From: Callorhinchus milii | Lineage: Eukaryota | DNA: 64,000 nucleotides | Direction of reading: 5' to 3' | NCBI RefSeq assembly: GCF_018977255.1 | Contig: NW_024704743.1 | Coordinates: forward strand, 39,496,001-39,560,000 | Shown here: positions 35,103 through 50,350 of the stretch, in pieces | Position numbering within the stretch: position 1 is the first letter of the stretch | How the letters are laid out: every line of letters starts with the position of its first letter | Translations under genes and position numbers: made by a program | The notes under the pieces: model-generated | The model's database searches: none | Told to the model about the DNA's origin: nothing | Seen by the model: only the letters and a program-made list of their open reading frames with translations

Positions 35103-38100
35103 ATAAAAATAAATCCAATTGGGTCTAGATTTATTCTGTTTACATAGTGTTTTAGAGAGTTTTGAATTTAATCATCATAATAAGAATCTTTCTAATACAA
35201 ATCTTGCATTTGATATAGCACCTTTCACGTCAAGAGGACGTCTGAAAGTGCTTCACAGGACATCCTGTAACATGTAATGAATCTATTTTGTAGGAGAAAA
35301 CCTGCAACAATAGTTTTTAGAAGAACAATAGAAAAGTGACTTCTAGATTAAGATTGAATCCAACAATTTGCCAAATTGCAAAGCTTTCTGAAATGCTGGA
35401 ATAAATCTAAATCCATATGGAATTTCCTTACAAAAATATATAAACTACATTTATAGATGCACATATAAAACTACAAATGTAGGCTGATATGTTATTATTT
35501 TCATAAATTGAGGCTTCACCCCCGTAATTCTAGTTGTGGTAAATGTTACCCCATTGCCTGACTTGATATTGTAAGAAAATGTATGAATAAGGAAATGTAG
35601 CATGAGAACAAGCACAAAGCAAACAATTTGCCCTTCACTGTATGATTGAAATACATTATTCAAAGAAGAGAAATATGAATGAAACAAATGTAAATGGCAA
35701 CCTCTTGCATTAAGCAACACAAGAGTCCTACAAAAAATTTAAAGAGGGAAGAAGAACTATTCTGTAAATACAAAACTAATAGAAGAAAAACGCTTATTTT
35801 AGCAGCAGAATCGAATCCTCTCATTTTTGTAAGATTCACAATGTTGATTGAATATCAACTCGATGGAACAATAATGCCCAATTGACATTGTGCCAAATAG
35901 AATATAAAATATACAGATTGTATTTCCATTAAAATATAAAACTAGAAGTAGTTTCCCTGGAAATGAAAATACAATGAGAATTTTTTAACTTTAAGGTTTT
36001 GAGTTCAGCTTTGGGGTCCATGAAATCTGAGTATGAAAATTGAAATATGTTAATAGCTATTGTGCTAATAACAATAATAATAATAATTGTTGCATTTGAT
36101 ATAGCATCTTATCACATTGTTGAGACATCTCAAAGCACTTCACAGAATATATTAAAGTAAGTGGGTTGATTGTGTATCTTGTGGGTGAAATATGCATGTA
36201 CTGGGGACAAAAATGCAACATGATGCTAATGAACGATGAACTGGCCTGTGGGTGATGGAAGCGTCCAGTTCAGAGTTCATTGCAGGATACATTAATTTCC
36301 TATCTTTAGGTTCAGTTAAGCCAGTATCCCATTAATTGTCAGTCCAGCACTGCAGTTCACAAGTCAAACAATGCTATATATCACACAATTTTTATAAGTG
36401 TGCATCCAAATTCAGAGGCCTAATGTGACTTCTCCAATTCTACCACAGAGTGTAAATAAGTGTACAGATTGGTTACATTCATGGACAGATTTCCAGAAAG
36501 CATCAATTGTGGGCAGTGGCAGTGAAGAAAATGAAGAACATTTTGGACTTCCATTCAGAAAACACTTTAAGACGTCCACCCAATGTGAACGTGCTATGTA
36601 ACTGTACTCTATGTGGTTGTTATATCACTAATAGTGTATAGTTTATGTCACAGAAAGTGATATTGAAACCTGTACAGTTCACTGATCTGGCCACACCTGA
36701 AGGATTACATACAATTCAATTTGTTGAATTAAGGTAAAGAGACAGAATTCTTAGAATATTACAGCACAGAATCTTGCCATTGGAGGGCATACAGCAATAG
36801 GCAACTAAATTGATAGCTGGAACTAGACACATGAGTTAAGCCTGATATTCCACCTATTCTTGGCAATGGAGAGGGCTGTTCTTTCCAAACTTATCATTAA
36901 TTATCATTTCATATATTATATTACTACATGTCTTCCGCCAGAGGAAAAAAAGAATAGACAATGGAGCCTCCATCAGCTTTAAACCATGAGAGCAGAAATA
37001 TTGGGCATAAATTTAAAGTGAAAGTGTTGCAAGCAGTACTAGAAATTGAAAGATTCTTTCCTTCCCCACCACCACAGACCACTAACTACGGGCAGAAATA
37101 TCTCAACAAAAATAGCATATATTTAAGAACAGTGTTAGAAGATTACGGTATAAGTGGAAGTTACAAATGATCAAACAGTTTACAGGTTACCATTTTTGTG
37201 TGAAGGTGAATGGAAATGCTTTCAGTAGAGTGAAGAAGGCCAGAGTTGAATAGAAGAGATGTGCGAATGGATAAGCATTTGGAAGTCTTTGCCATATTGC
37301 CTTTAGGGTTCAGGATGTATCAATGTACTGCTTCCCTCAGGAAATCGAATGAGTGGAGTAAAGGTCAGCATCTGCTTTAACAATGAAGTTATGAAGTTTT
37401 GCTTCTGTCTCTGTGGATTTCGATCTGAATGTTGATTTGATTCCAATCATTTTCTCTCCTTCAACACCATCATAAAATAGCACCAGAAATACAGTCAAGT
37501 GGCTCATGTGATTATTGGGCTGATTCATTAGCATGATATCAGCTCCTACTTAATTTGGAACTTTAACCACTGGTGGGTTGGAAAAACTGCAGTAAATGTA
37601 GTAAGCTGCTGGCTTATGGTTAATAACCAGTTCACCAATGCTTTAATTTGCTAAATATGCAAGGAGGGAAATCTGTGCCAAGAGCATCCATTTTGAAAAT
37701 GTACACATTTTAGTTATCTTGTTTTATCCCCTGGGTTGCTGGCAAGTACAACACACTATCAGCTCATATGATAATGTGATGCTGGAAAAAAACATTAATA
37801 TTAAGTGTATTACAAAGGTTCTCAAACATCAGGAGTAGCTTTGCTTGACAATAATAGTAACCTTAACCCAATGAATACAAAATTCATCATGTAATAATAA
37901 TCCTTGCATTTGATATAGGTCCTTTGACCTGTGAGGACTCACTTCTGAGAAGATCCTGGGTTGAAGTTCATCTTGTGCGAATCTGTGCACTGTGTGAATC
38001 TTGCTTCAGGCCCTCTTTATGTACTGAGAAGCTTTTTTTGATGGGACGTGCCATTCACACTGCTGTAATTCTTGACAAGCACCTTTTCAATCCACTTAAC

Positions 38101-39709
38101 AGTCAAATGAGCATCCATAAACTACACTGGGAGGCTCCTTAAAATACAACCACATTTATTTTAATTTACTAAAAAAATAGAATTGCAGTGGCGGTGAAAA
38201 TCTCTTTGCAGTAACTGCAGAAAAAATCTAATGTTTCAAGAAGACGGATTAGAAATACTAGATTCTAATCGTGCTTTTAGATTCATAGCACGTATTGTTT
38301 ATCTGTTATTCCTGTTTGCCTGTGACGCTCAATTCCTTTTTTTTCCATTTAAAAACAGACATACAGGATCTTTAGTGTAGCCAGAAAACTGAGTTTTTTA
38401 GGAATAATTGGTTTATTGTATCAATGGAGTACAATTCAGATATTTGGCAGACCAAAATGAAACAATGCTATGTTAACCTCAAGGCACTTAAACAAGACAG
38501 ATCCATACATTTAGTGAGAACACAAGCAGTCTTGCATCTCAGTTTAAGCATGTCTGGCAGACATTGCTGGCCTGCTGCTCCCACGGGAAAAGATTGCTAA
38601 CAACTGCATGAACATACCGGGGTTATTTCACTAATTATAGATTGCGGTCATGTGCATTCCATTGAGAGCTAGGATGTGAATAGCAATGTGAAAGTGGAGC
38701 ACTGAGATATTGAGACAGAAAATTACTGAATATGTTTCTGAAAGTTGGACAAAATAACAATAATAATCCTTGCAATTGATACAGCGCCTTATCACGTAAT
38801 GGAGATGTCTCAAAGCGCTTCACAAGATATATTGTAAATTTTATGGGGCTGTATATTTTATGGGAGAAATGCAGCAGCCAGTTTGTGCACAGAAATGTCC
38901 CACAAATAGACATGGATACTGGATTTCTAACCACAGAAATGTCCCACAAACAGGCTGGACACCGATATCTAATCACAAGAAGAGTAGTTAGATTTTTAGA
39001 TCTGTGTTTTCAGTGCAGTTGTGCTATTTTCTATGTACATCACTATATAATGGAATTCACATTTATAAAGCATCTTTCACAGCAGGAAGACATCTCAAAG
39101 TGCTTAACAAAAATGGCTGGGCACCTGAACTGAGGGAGCTGAAGCAGGTACGTGAGTGAGGATTGGAAGGATAATTTAAAAAAAAGCCAAGAGGTCAGCT
39201 TTGAAAGTGAGGAGGGAAGGGGAGGAAGAGTGATAGGAATTAAGAAGGACCTTTGGGCCATTTGATCTAAATCACTCAGAATACCCTTCCTACCTTCTAT
39301 GATAGTCTTGTCTTGACTGCTGACAGCCAAATATTGTGGAAGCTTGTTATTATTGGCAGTCACTTGACTGGCCTGTGTTGCCTTTATTCGTGAGGTGAAC
39401 AAATTAGAGAGTTTGAGATTTTGATCATCATCAGTTTCAAATTGGGAAAAAAATGTGGTATGAATAGTGAGATGTCCTGATCACTGATGTGTCCACAAAG
39501 AAAGAGACTGCTATCCAAATGCTTTCATGCATAAACTCCCTTTAGAACCAACCCACAATATGTGCTGTCATGTAGTTCCATATAAAACACAACCCTTGGA
39601 CTGATGACAGGTTTAAACTAATATCTGTCTGTGAACAGACCAATTCTGGCTGTTTCTATCTCATGTACCATGATCCTAAAACCTGCAAATATTAAAGGCA
39701 CAAACAAAG

Positions 39710-40395
39710 AGATATATTTTTAGGAGACTTGTTGAAGATAGGGAGAGAGATTTTGAAGAGAGTTCCAGAGGATAGGAGCATGAGATTTGAAAGTTTGACC
39801 ACCGTTGATGGAGCAAAAATAGTTGAGAAGTTAGTGGTAAACCGGAAGGTATGAGCTGGAAAAAATTACATATTTGATGGGCCAGTCACAGGGATAGATG
39901 TCCATGTGTAGAAGTCATACATTTTGTAACTCTGTTTGTTGAATGTATTCTTAAGCATCTCAGAGAGCCTGGAGCAACAAAAACCGTCAAGAACTCGGGT
40001 GATGGGGGCACGGAGCCGGGTATGAGTGAGGATACGGCTGATAGAGTTTTGAATCATTCAGACCTTGTTTGTAGTGGAGCTTGGGAGACCAGCAAGGAGT
40101 GCAATGGAAAAATCTAGGCGAGGAGATGAAAACATGAATGAAGTTTCAGCAGTGTTTGAAGTAAGATAGGAGTGAAGGCCAGCGATATTGCAGAGTTGGG
40201 GGAAGGCAATCCTGGTCAGTAACCAGATGTGGGATAGAAAGGATAACTGGGGATCAAACCTGAAACCAAGTTTCGGTGAGTCTGAGGGCTAGGCAGGGAA
40301 AATTGAGGAATTCAAGCCACTGGTGAGAAGACGTTGACAGAAGCCAAGGAGGATGGCTTACTGATGTTCAACTACTTTGGTGCTCATCCAGGACC
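39710..40395 (-). mobile_element. Decayed L2 fragment(s)
   Basis: LGFRFDPQLSF, RLDFS, IQNSISRILTHTR...PIT.VL and GGQTF...P.LWNSL motifs, with an interruption near 39870-39985. Confidence 0.8.
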
Positions 40396-43300
40396 CAGTT
40401 ACAGTGGGGTGTAAAATGTGGTGTTTGATGTGGAAATTGTCATCAGAGATGATTATAACAATGTTGAAAAGTGAGATTTTAATGTGTCTTTAATTATTGA
40501 CAGCTTTGGGAGTGAAGACTCCCTGACTTTAGTAGAATAGTTTGAAGCCAGTTGAATTTTCTATGAACTCGACATCTACGCAGTATCCACCTATGATTGC
40601 TGCCTTTCAGACAATTGCATGACAACAACAACAAGAAATTACATTTGTGTAGCGCCTTTCGTGACATGCAGGCATAATTCAAATGGAAGGGGGTGTAGGG
40701 GAAATATTCACTCCCAAAACTGTCGACAATTAATGGTTCGGTTCACACTTCAAGCGCTGTGGTAATTATCACCAACAACAATTATCGAACCACATCGTGC
40801 ACTTTTCACCCCAGTATTTTTATTTGTTTATACTCAGCCAAACCTCACAGTTTACGGAACCCCTTAAACATTGTAAGTCTAACACTTCAAAGGGTTAATT
40901 CTGTGAGGTGGTCATTACGTACTGCTGGTTACCAGCAGGATTCCCCATTAGTGACTTTAAATGATTATTTGCGAATCCCATTGCAGATCGTTGCTTTTTC
41001 AACCTGAAATCCATTGAATGAGATATTAAACCAAGCTCCCATCTGCCTGTTCAGGTGGAGATTAAAGATCCCAAGGCACAACTTGAAAAGAGGAATTTTT
41101 CCATTCTGGTCAACAATCCCTCAGATCAATGACTGTCATGAAGTGAATGAACAATTGATTTGAGGAATTGTTGGTCAGAATGGGGCAATGTGATGGACAA
41201 ACTGGCTGCCGTATTTGCTTACAAAATACACAGTCACTGCAATTTACGTTGATTCCATGTGAAACACTTCCAGGTGTTCTGACTTTGTGGGCCTTGTATC
41301 AAATGTAAAGATTATAATTATTAGTAAAAACTGAAGTGGGGCAGGGATCGGTTGAGACGTGATATGTAATGCTCTTACTTCACCTTTGATACCTGGATAT
41401 GATGCAGGTCACTGCTATTAAGAAATCCTGTTTTAAAAGTTAACAAAGTCCAGTGTGGTTTGCCCAGGGAAAATAAATCCCATTACTGACAAACATAGCA
41501 GAGGAATCCATGAGGCATTCGTTCAAAAGCAACGTCTTAATCAGTCTCAATAGTGGGTCAATGTTCTCATTCTATCTTTGACATTTCATTGTTCAAATCA
41601 GGCAAACTGTGATTCACTGGGCCCCTGTATCTCCACTCCCCTCCCTCATCTGAGGAAGATGAAGGTAAATAGGTAATTTAATTGCAAACAAGAGACTGCA
41701 ATCAAGCTCAGATATAAGGATGTGAAATGCGAGTGTTGTGTGTGAAAAGNAAAAAATATCAGCTGCAATGAACTCTGTGTTTGCTGCATGAAGGCTGGAA
41801 TCCATAGAGTAGTAAACAACTTTAAGTCATTGACAATGAAAACTGACCCATAGATCGTCTGGAAGAGAATGTTACTTTGCTTAGGAACAAACCAGGCCAG
41901 TGAAAGTTACTGTATTTAGAGGGCTTAAATTTGTAGTATTTCTTAATGTGGTTCCTGAATGAGGAATCCAAGTATGCCCAGGAAAAATAATCCAAGTCAA
42001 TTGGAAGTACATCACATTGACTTCCAATACAGTCAACAGAAATTTTAACAAGATGGTTTCAGCGGCTTGGGAAGTCTTCCCGATTTGAAAGACGCAATAT
42101 AAATGCAATTTTGTATTCTATTTAAACTGAGTCCAATCTATCTGTTCAAATGGACATTAAAGATCCTATGGCACCTATTCAAAAAGAGTAGGTAGATTCT
42201 CTCTGTGTCTTTGGCAACAATCTGCCAGACAAAAATTGGCCATTCATGTATGGCTGTTTGAGGGATCTTGTTTTGTGCTGGTGAAATTAACTGCTGCACT
42301 TGATTATAAAAACAGTCATTACATTTGACCGAAATTACTTGTGAAGCTTTTTAAGACATTGGAACGATATAGATTCTTAACTCAGTAAATGTGCTGTGTA
42401 TGTTCACACGCATATTGTTGCTTATTTCTTTCTCTTATTATTTCCTCTTTATAGAAAGTCTCTTTATAATAAATAATAATAATTATAATAATAATAATCC
42501 TTAAATTTGGTATAGTGCCTTTCGCATTGGGAGGACATCTCAAAGCTCTTCACAGGATATGCTGAAAAGGAGATTGATTATGTGTTCCTATTTGGGACAA
42601 ACGTGCAATTGAAATGTATTGAACTCAGACCTATTTAACTGAGTGTGCATTCCAAGGGGGAAATGTGTAAGACTCATTCCAGCCCTAAAGCTCCTTCCTC
42701 AAATCTAAGGAGATGAATGCAACTTTAAAGTAATAAAACATGTGACAGGCTAAAGGCTGAATGTAAGCTTCTCTCCATCAACACAAAGCTGTATTTAATT
42801 CATTGTGTGCTCGAAGGCCTTGCACCACAATGGATGCTAATTGACAACTACCTGTGGAGTAAAATGCTACTTGATTTCCATGAACAGTTCTCCCTTTATA
42901 CTGTACTTATTATCAGCTACAAATGTGATTTTTTTCAAGGTTTTCTTTTGATTTGTTTCTACATCCCTAATGGCGAAATAGGAGTCCTTTTAGAAAACAT
43001 TTCTTAAAAACACTGAAGGCCATAACTTGAAGATTCAGAGCTGGCAAGAATTCAACGCTGAGCCTAATCAATGACCTTTTCTGTAACTCTCTAGAGGCAG
43101 CATTACAGCTCACTGAAAATTGCCCGAGCTATGTAGGTTGTCATGGTATTAGTCTGCTTCACTCTGCTGTGGTTATGGAGTACAAGTGTTGGTTTGGTCA
43201 CAGAGACCCCTTGTGTTTGTTGTGTGATCTCAGCCATGAGCGAATTCAGTGTGGTATTATTCCACACACATTTAGAATTTGTCTGACAGAAGAAATCCAC

Positions 43301-46300
43301 TAGGTTAGCTTGGCAAGTAGGTCACCAAACAAAGAATCTTGACTCAATATTTTAGTTATGTTATTTATACGTCTGCCATCTTGAACTGTTATGGCCATGC
43401 ATTTCACGACACCCATCTCCGTTCCTCCAGAAAGGCATTTTTTATTAGAAGGCAATTTACTCACCTCAGCAGCACACACTTTTATATAATCATATACAAT
43501 CACAAACATAAATAATAATGATCATTGCATTTGATATAGCACCTTATCATATCTCCGAGACGTCTCAAAGAGCTTCACAGAATATACTGTAAAATGAATT
43601 GACTGTATATTTTGTGTACTAATGTTGCCTGTTTGAGGATTCTGGTGGCAATAGTTCATCACTTGTCTGCAAAATAAAAACAATAGCTAAAATCTCTAAC
43701 AATCATTACAGTCAATTCACTTTACAGTATATTCTGATAAGGCACTATATCAAATGCAAGGTTTATTACTACGCTGTTGGACTGAGCTTTACTCTGACCT
43801 TTGAGAACTGTAGCAGCATATTGCACAAGATAAAATAATAATAATCCTTGCATTTGATAGAGAGCTTTTCATGTTAGCAGCACATCTCAAAGCACTTCAC
43901 AGGATTTACTGGAAAGTGCAGTGGCTGTGTATTTTGTACACCACTGCAGCAGCCAATTTGTGCACAGCAATGATAATTCAAGACTACAAGGGAGGTTTGG
44001 ATGAAGAAGAGCCTTCAGAAAAGTTAACAAGAGTAAATACGAATATTTAATCTTTATGTCATCTCTTCGGATACTGGGTACAAGGAGTGTAGAATGAAGG
44101 ATTACAATATCCAATTCAGAAGGCGGAGAGAGAACATGCAGGTTAGCTTTAACTATTTTAGTCAGAGAGATGATAAAAATATACAACAGTTTTTGCAGGG
44201 AAACAGATTTTAGAGATTTATTAAAGAAACGTGTACATATATCTGGAATGAAAAATGTAACAAGTGATGTGAAAATTGTTAGTGTTAATAATTAATGAGC
44301 AATAATTATAAGGTGTTAGCCTGGCTCAGTTGATAGCATGCTCACCCCTGAGTCAAAGATTTTAGTAAATAGACTCTGCAGTAAGAAAAGATATTACAAT
44401 GAGAACTTATTACTAAGAGTAATATCAAAGTGCAGTGAAGTTTTGAAATTCAGGAATATTAAACTTTAATAACAACTGTCGTTTCCTCACTTTATTCACC
44501 ATTGTTACCAGCGTGATATCCAATGAAAAAATAAGATGGGTTTACAGGACTGTAGTTCTATGCTACTGTTTCAACAACAAAAACTTGGATTTATACAGGC
44601 ACTTCATGTGGAGCAGCATCTCAGAGCACTTTACACAAATGGTCTCACAGACCACTAGGTTCAGTTTCCCATGTGGAAAAGAGGACTTGAGAATGAATGA
44701 CGTGCAAATGAACAACATTCTTTAATGTTAATTTTAAAAGTTTTTGATGTAACTGTCTTGCGAAGTAAGAATTGAATGAGTATATCCTTTGCAAAAAGTT
44801 TATAAAGCTCCCGAAATAACTTTGGCGTTTCCACATTGAAGGCCCACATTTCCATCTTGTCTTAGTCGAAAAGACTATTTTGTCTTCACATTCAAGATTG
44901 CGCAGCATTGAGAAAATGCTTAAATTTAGTATTAATTTCAAAGCTGGTTTCACACAGTTTTTAAAACTACCAGCTTCCAAATAGGGATGGGATTGAAGAA
45001 TTTTCCACAAATGTGCACAACTTTAAATTGAAAAACAAAGAGATATTAGATACATTTCAGGCCTTAAATTGACAAAAAAAAGTAGTGTAAAACTGTTTGG
45101 AGGTGACACATATTACATCTATATCATTCCTACTGTTTGTAAAATCACGTCGTGTAGGTGGTTCCACTGTGATTGCACATAATAATTGCAGCATGATTGG
45201 ATCTGGTATGATAAGCATACGCCTCACTATTTTCCCCACACCCTATAATAGTGTCATGATATTGCAACATCTTACAGAAGGCACTAATATTATGTGCATG
45301 ATTTCCAAGCAAGTTACATTACAATATCAATGACTGGGTCAACAAATTTGCTGGAATTATTGAATGGAATCCACCGACAGGTAGAAAGACGTTTTTGACC
45401 TTTTCGGCCTCCAGCCCCCTTGCTCTCCATCCTTCTTTGATCCCAATCCACAGCTCAAGTGCAAATCCCTCATTATCCAGCGCCTTGTGACATCCTCCTG
45501 ACGTGAAAGGAGCTATATAATTTGTTGTTGTTGTTGTTCAACTCCAGTCTATGTGCTCGCATCTCTCTGTGCCATATTTCCTCCTGTAATATTAAGGTGT
45601 ATAACAGCTTTGCAAACTGCTGCTGAAGCATGGTTATTCTGTAAAATTATTCACGGTTCTGAAAAACGATGTAAGGAAAGTAATAAATCAAGTGGAAAAA
45701 AAAGTTGCCTTTTCATCAGTTTCAGTCAGACTGGAATTAAATTATGGCCAACGCAAAGCAAATTGATGTGAGATACAAGCTTTTGCCCACAAAATATAGT
45801 CAATTCACTTTACAGTACATTCTGCAAAGCACATTGAGATGCCTTGAAATGTGATAAGGCACCATATCAAATGCAAATTATTATTATTATTGTTAAATTG
45901 TCTTCCTGACTCCTGATACAGAGGTTTAGTACACAGAGCAAAGAGAGAAACCTGGAGGAAACAATTGCCATAAGAAATATCTTATTTGCTATTTAATACA
46001 TATTCAATATATCAATATATACAATATAGATATGTCTAATAGAAGCAAGATATTTACATATGTGATATTCTGTTATTCTAGTCTAATTCACCAAGGTTTG
46101 TGTTTCATTAATTAAACTCAAGTTCAGTTCAGATCCGCAAGGGTGATGTCTGTAAGCACACATCACAAGCTTGAACCACATAAGTAAAATATTTTAAGAT
46201 TGCTGTGCTGAGTTTGCATTTGAAAAAGGAAAGATGTGCAAGTTGCACATTCAAGCTACCAAGAGGATGTTCACAGCTTTATCCCTAATGTGGCGCAGTG

Positions 46301-47210
46301 TTGTCTGAAGCCACACATATCAAAACATTCCATGATTCACTGCTTCCCACAGCAGAAATGTCAACGTCTGGTCTGTACAACTGGAGCTGTTTTTTCAAGA
46401 TTTAATGATATGGGGATTGAGACCATTTCAAAACACTGGTTTAAAAAAAGAAAAGAAAATGGCTGAAGGTTTTATTTTTATTTTATGAATCTGTTATTCT
46501 AAAATATAGAAGCAAGCGATATTTTCAATTTATTTAACTTACCAAGGAAAACGTTCATCAAGGAAACCATTCATTATATTAATTTCATTTTTTGTAGATT
46601 TCAGAGTAAACATGATGCATGGATGATGAAGAAGGGAATAGAAGTGTATGGAAGGGGGAGAAGGAGAGGACATTTGGAGTCGTGAAGGATAATGTGGAGT
46701 ATTATCACCTAATAGTTGGGTCAAGTGATCAGTTTTCACAAGATAGGTTTGGGTGAAGAAATCCCTTCAGCCATTTGATCTCGTCATTCCTTAGTCTATG
46801 TGAATCTACATTGAATAGAAGTTTTCCAATCACTTGAGGAATGTGCACTGTGCTTTGCAAGCAATATTGATGAATCACTTGGGTTAACCTGGATTGTTTT
46901 TCAAAATATTAATTTTAATTCTTTAGAGTTTAGGTTTGACAGAAATATGTATGGGTCTAAAATCATTAGTAGGTACCGTTTCAAGTAAATTGCACTGAAT
47001 TGCCTCAAATTTCCTCAGGTTGCTGCAGTTTTAAGCTTTGTAGCTGAAGCTATGTTTGTACTGTTGTTCAGCAGCAAATTCCCACAATATCAGAGGTAAT
47101 ATGTCTGACTTGTTACCAAACGTATATGTAGTTGAAGCTCAAACAGGGAGACAGTGAGAATCGAAGCATATCTCCATGTTCTGCACAGGATTTGGCTTCA
47201 GGAGGTGCCC

Positions 47211-47325
47211 TTTTTGGGGTCAGTTGGGTGTCTGATGCATACAGAAATGTATTGCCTTGCTTAAGAGTTTTCAAACCAGACTGAAATTTCCACAAACACA
47301 TGCTACCTACACATGGAATTTTCCC
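47211..47325 (-). repeat. Family X 3'-end fragment
   Basis: Reverse complement AAATTCCATGTGTAGGTAG...CAGTCTGGTTTGAAAACTCTTAAGCA...CAGACACCCAACTGACCCCAAAAA; a further tail stub lies at about 47625-47657 (+). Confidence 0.65.
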
Positions 47326-47780
47326 TGTGCATGGAATGGAATCCTGTAATATAAAAACATGATGACTTTCAGGTGATGAATGAGAAGATTCTGCTTAGAA
47401 ATTTCTCAAATGCTGCAAATTGATACCTTAACAGGTAGGAGGTCAGTGCTAGCAATACAATTGTGGTAAAACAGACTCGTACTTCATACCAGTGAGCTGT
47501 GCAGTTATCATTACCTTGGATGATACCTGGCGTTAGTGGTACAGGAAAGAAAGTACAAGTTAATGAAATCTCACTGCAATGCTGTTAACATCACTGCACA
47601 GTTGCAGATTTCTCTTCTACTACTCATGTGTCAGACACCCAGCTGACCCCCCAAAAATCACTGGACAGCATAGATTAAAACAAAAGGAAAAGGTGGGTTT
47701 TATGACAAAGCATCAAATTCCCTATCTTTATTTTTACAGATATTGGATTGGAATGTAAATTTCTGTATGGACACACTCAC

Positions 47781-47829
47781 ACATCACAGATCACACTGGA
47801 CTGTTTGACAGTAGGTATGAGGATTGTTC
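47781..47829 (-). other. Candidate 49-nt exon
   Basis: Acceptor CTTCTTTCCCCCACAG and donor TGT/GTGAGT. Confidence 0.3.
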
Positions 47830-48111
47830 CTGTGGGGGAAAGAAGCTAATCTGGAGCAGACAGGAATGGCAGTTGTACCTGTGTTCACACCGGTTGTCAC
47901 ATTTGCCCATATATTTGCAAAAATATAGTCACTACACTTCACAGTAAATCCTGGGTAGTGCTTTGAGACCCTGGCAGTGTGAAATGTGTTAAATGCAAGC
48001 ATTAGTGTTATATATATTTTGTTATATAAATATTGTTACATAAATTGTGTCAACAATGCTACAAAATGTTCAGACAGAATTTAGGGTCTATAGTTGAATG
48101 AGAGGAGAAGT

Positions 48112-49119
48112 GTTATGCAGACATTGGGTCAACTTCCACATGTATGCAGATAACATCCAACTCTAGCTCTCTGCCTCCACCCTTGACTCCAGGACCACTG
48201 CTGTTCTGACAGAATGTCTGTCAGACATCAAGTCCTGGATGAGAGCTAACTTTCTACAGTTGAACGTCAACAAGACCGAGGCTCTCCTGATTGGCTCCCG
48301 TCAGCGCCTCCTCACCTCAGGCGCTGGCAGCATCACCATCCATGGTTACACACTCCACCTTGTAAGCCAGTCCGGACTCTTGGGGTCTTGTTTGACCCTC
48401 AACTATCCTTTCTACCCCACATCTGCGCCATGACCCGCTCTACCTTCCCCCACCTCTGCAACTTCACCCGGCTCTGCCACTGTCTCACACTGCAGGCCAC
48501 TGAAACCCTCAAACACACGTTCATTACGTCGAGGCTTGACTATGCAAAGTCATTGCTTGTCGGCCTCTCCAATTCCTCCCTGCACAGGCTGCAGATCATC
48601 CAGAATTCTGCAGCCCGTGTCCTCTCCTGCACTAAGCTCTGTGACCCTATCATCCTCATCATCGCCCAACTTCACTAGTTTCCCATCACACAGAGGATAC
48701 AGTTCAAGAACCTGGTCCTCACCTTCAAAGCCTTCCATGGTCTTGCTCCCCCCCTACCTCTGCAACCTCCTAACCCCCTACCATCCTGTTCGCTCCCTCC
48801 GCTCAGTGGGCTCCAGCCTGCTTTACGTCCCCCGCCTTGCTCACCCCACTATTGGCGGGCGGACCTTCCATCATTCTGCACCCACCCTCTGGAACTCCAG
48901 CCCACAGTCCCTCCATCTCGCCCCCTCCCTCGCCACCTTCAAAAACCACCTCGAGACCCTCGTCTTCGAGCGTGCTTTCAATCTCCCTGCTTCCTCCCAT
49001 AACCTTCCCACCCGCCCACCCCGACCCTCAGTTTGGGTCTGTAACTCTGTCTGTCCAGCGCCTTGGGACGTCCTCCCGACATGAAAGACGCTATACAAAT
49101 GTAATTTTGTTGTTGTTAC
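48112..49119 (+). mobile_element. 5'-truncated L2 LINE (same subfamily as 8922-10270)
   Basis: FHMYADN, MRANFLQLNVNKTE, SRLDYA, GGRTF.HSAPTLWNS with frameshifts; canonical tail. Confidence 0.95.
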
Positions 49120-49209
49120 TCTCTATCTCACTATGATAGATCTGGGAATGTTTGATGTCATCGCTGTATGCCCCCAAATAAAAAGGTGTGTGCCTTTCAG
49201 CAATGATTT

Positions 49210-49535
49210 AATAATAATAATAATAATAATAATCCTTGCATTTGATATAGCGCTTTTCACGTCTTCCAGACGTCCCAAAGCGCTTCACAGAATATACTGT
49301 AAAGTGAATTGACTGTATATTTGTGGGCGAACGCGGCAGCTAATTGCGCACAGCAGTGTCCCACAAACAGTCATGGATTGAAAATGACCAATTTATTATT
49401 GTTTTGTTTTTTTGGAGGGATTATTATTAGGTGTGTGGAGTAAGGAAACTTGCCCAAGGTTTTGCCCTGCCTGGAATTGAACTCAGGTCTCTCACTTGCA
49501 AAGCGAGTGCTCTAACCACTGAGCTACAGGACTCC
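49210..49535 (-). mobile_element. Full-length young SINE
   Basis: Near-consensus copy with an (ATT)n tail of about 8 units. Confidence 0.95.
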
Positions 49536-50350
49536 AGGATTTCCCTCACTGCTTCACAAGAACAAAAGAAAGGTCACTCTGGAGGAATGAAAATACATTA
49601 AATGTGTATGAAAGGGCAGCGTGCCCTGTTAACACAGAAAAGCATGCATGAGAAAGGGAGTATCAATCTCTTTCCCTCCACAGACCATCCACTCTGTCAT
49701 GACCTTTACCCAACTAATTTAATTTACTGAGGAGCATTTCTCCTTTACTCCAGTAAATGTTGGTTAATAGAGACATTCATTTGTCAAGGACATTTTCTCA
49801 GGCACCAATTAATTCTCTTGCTGTGTTTAATAGCGATGGGTTTTGTTTAATGAGAAAGCTCAGATACACAGGAGGATTTCACACTTAAGAGAGTGACCCA
49901 ATTATCTGGCTTCTACTGTAATTATTAATGTTTAAATGCCTTTTGTTACTTTAGTATTTCTAATAGGTGCTTTTAAATGCAATATTTAATAATGTAGCTG
50001 TAGCTTTGACTCCATGTGTACAAGAGTAAAGATAATAGCATTACAATTGTTTATAAATACGATGATAATAAACTGACCTGTTTTGAATGAGCACAGGGCC
50101 AGGCTTAACACACAAGCCAAACAACCACAACCTTCTTGAAATTAGATGACACTTGCTTTCTCATGGTTCAGAAGAGCTAACCCAGGTTTAACCGTTAAAT
50201 CTAGTTTTAAAATTTTAAAATTTAAAATAAAAAAAAACCCTCCTTTTCTGCTATGAATTTTCTCCATCTTTTGACTCTTCCCATTGCCACAGTCTCCCGT
50301 TGTGAGGCCACCTGGTGATTTGAGCTGCAGATTTCGCCTCTTCTACTCAC

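Noticed and set aside
41750..41750. Ambiguous base N
   Set aside because: Assembly ambiguity within an A-run, not a biological feature.
43480..43488. TATA box on the minus strand before the donor at 43464
   Set aside because: The implied start site would fall past the donor; the sequence is AT-rich and next to a SINE tail.
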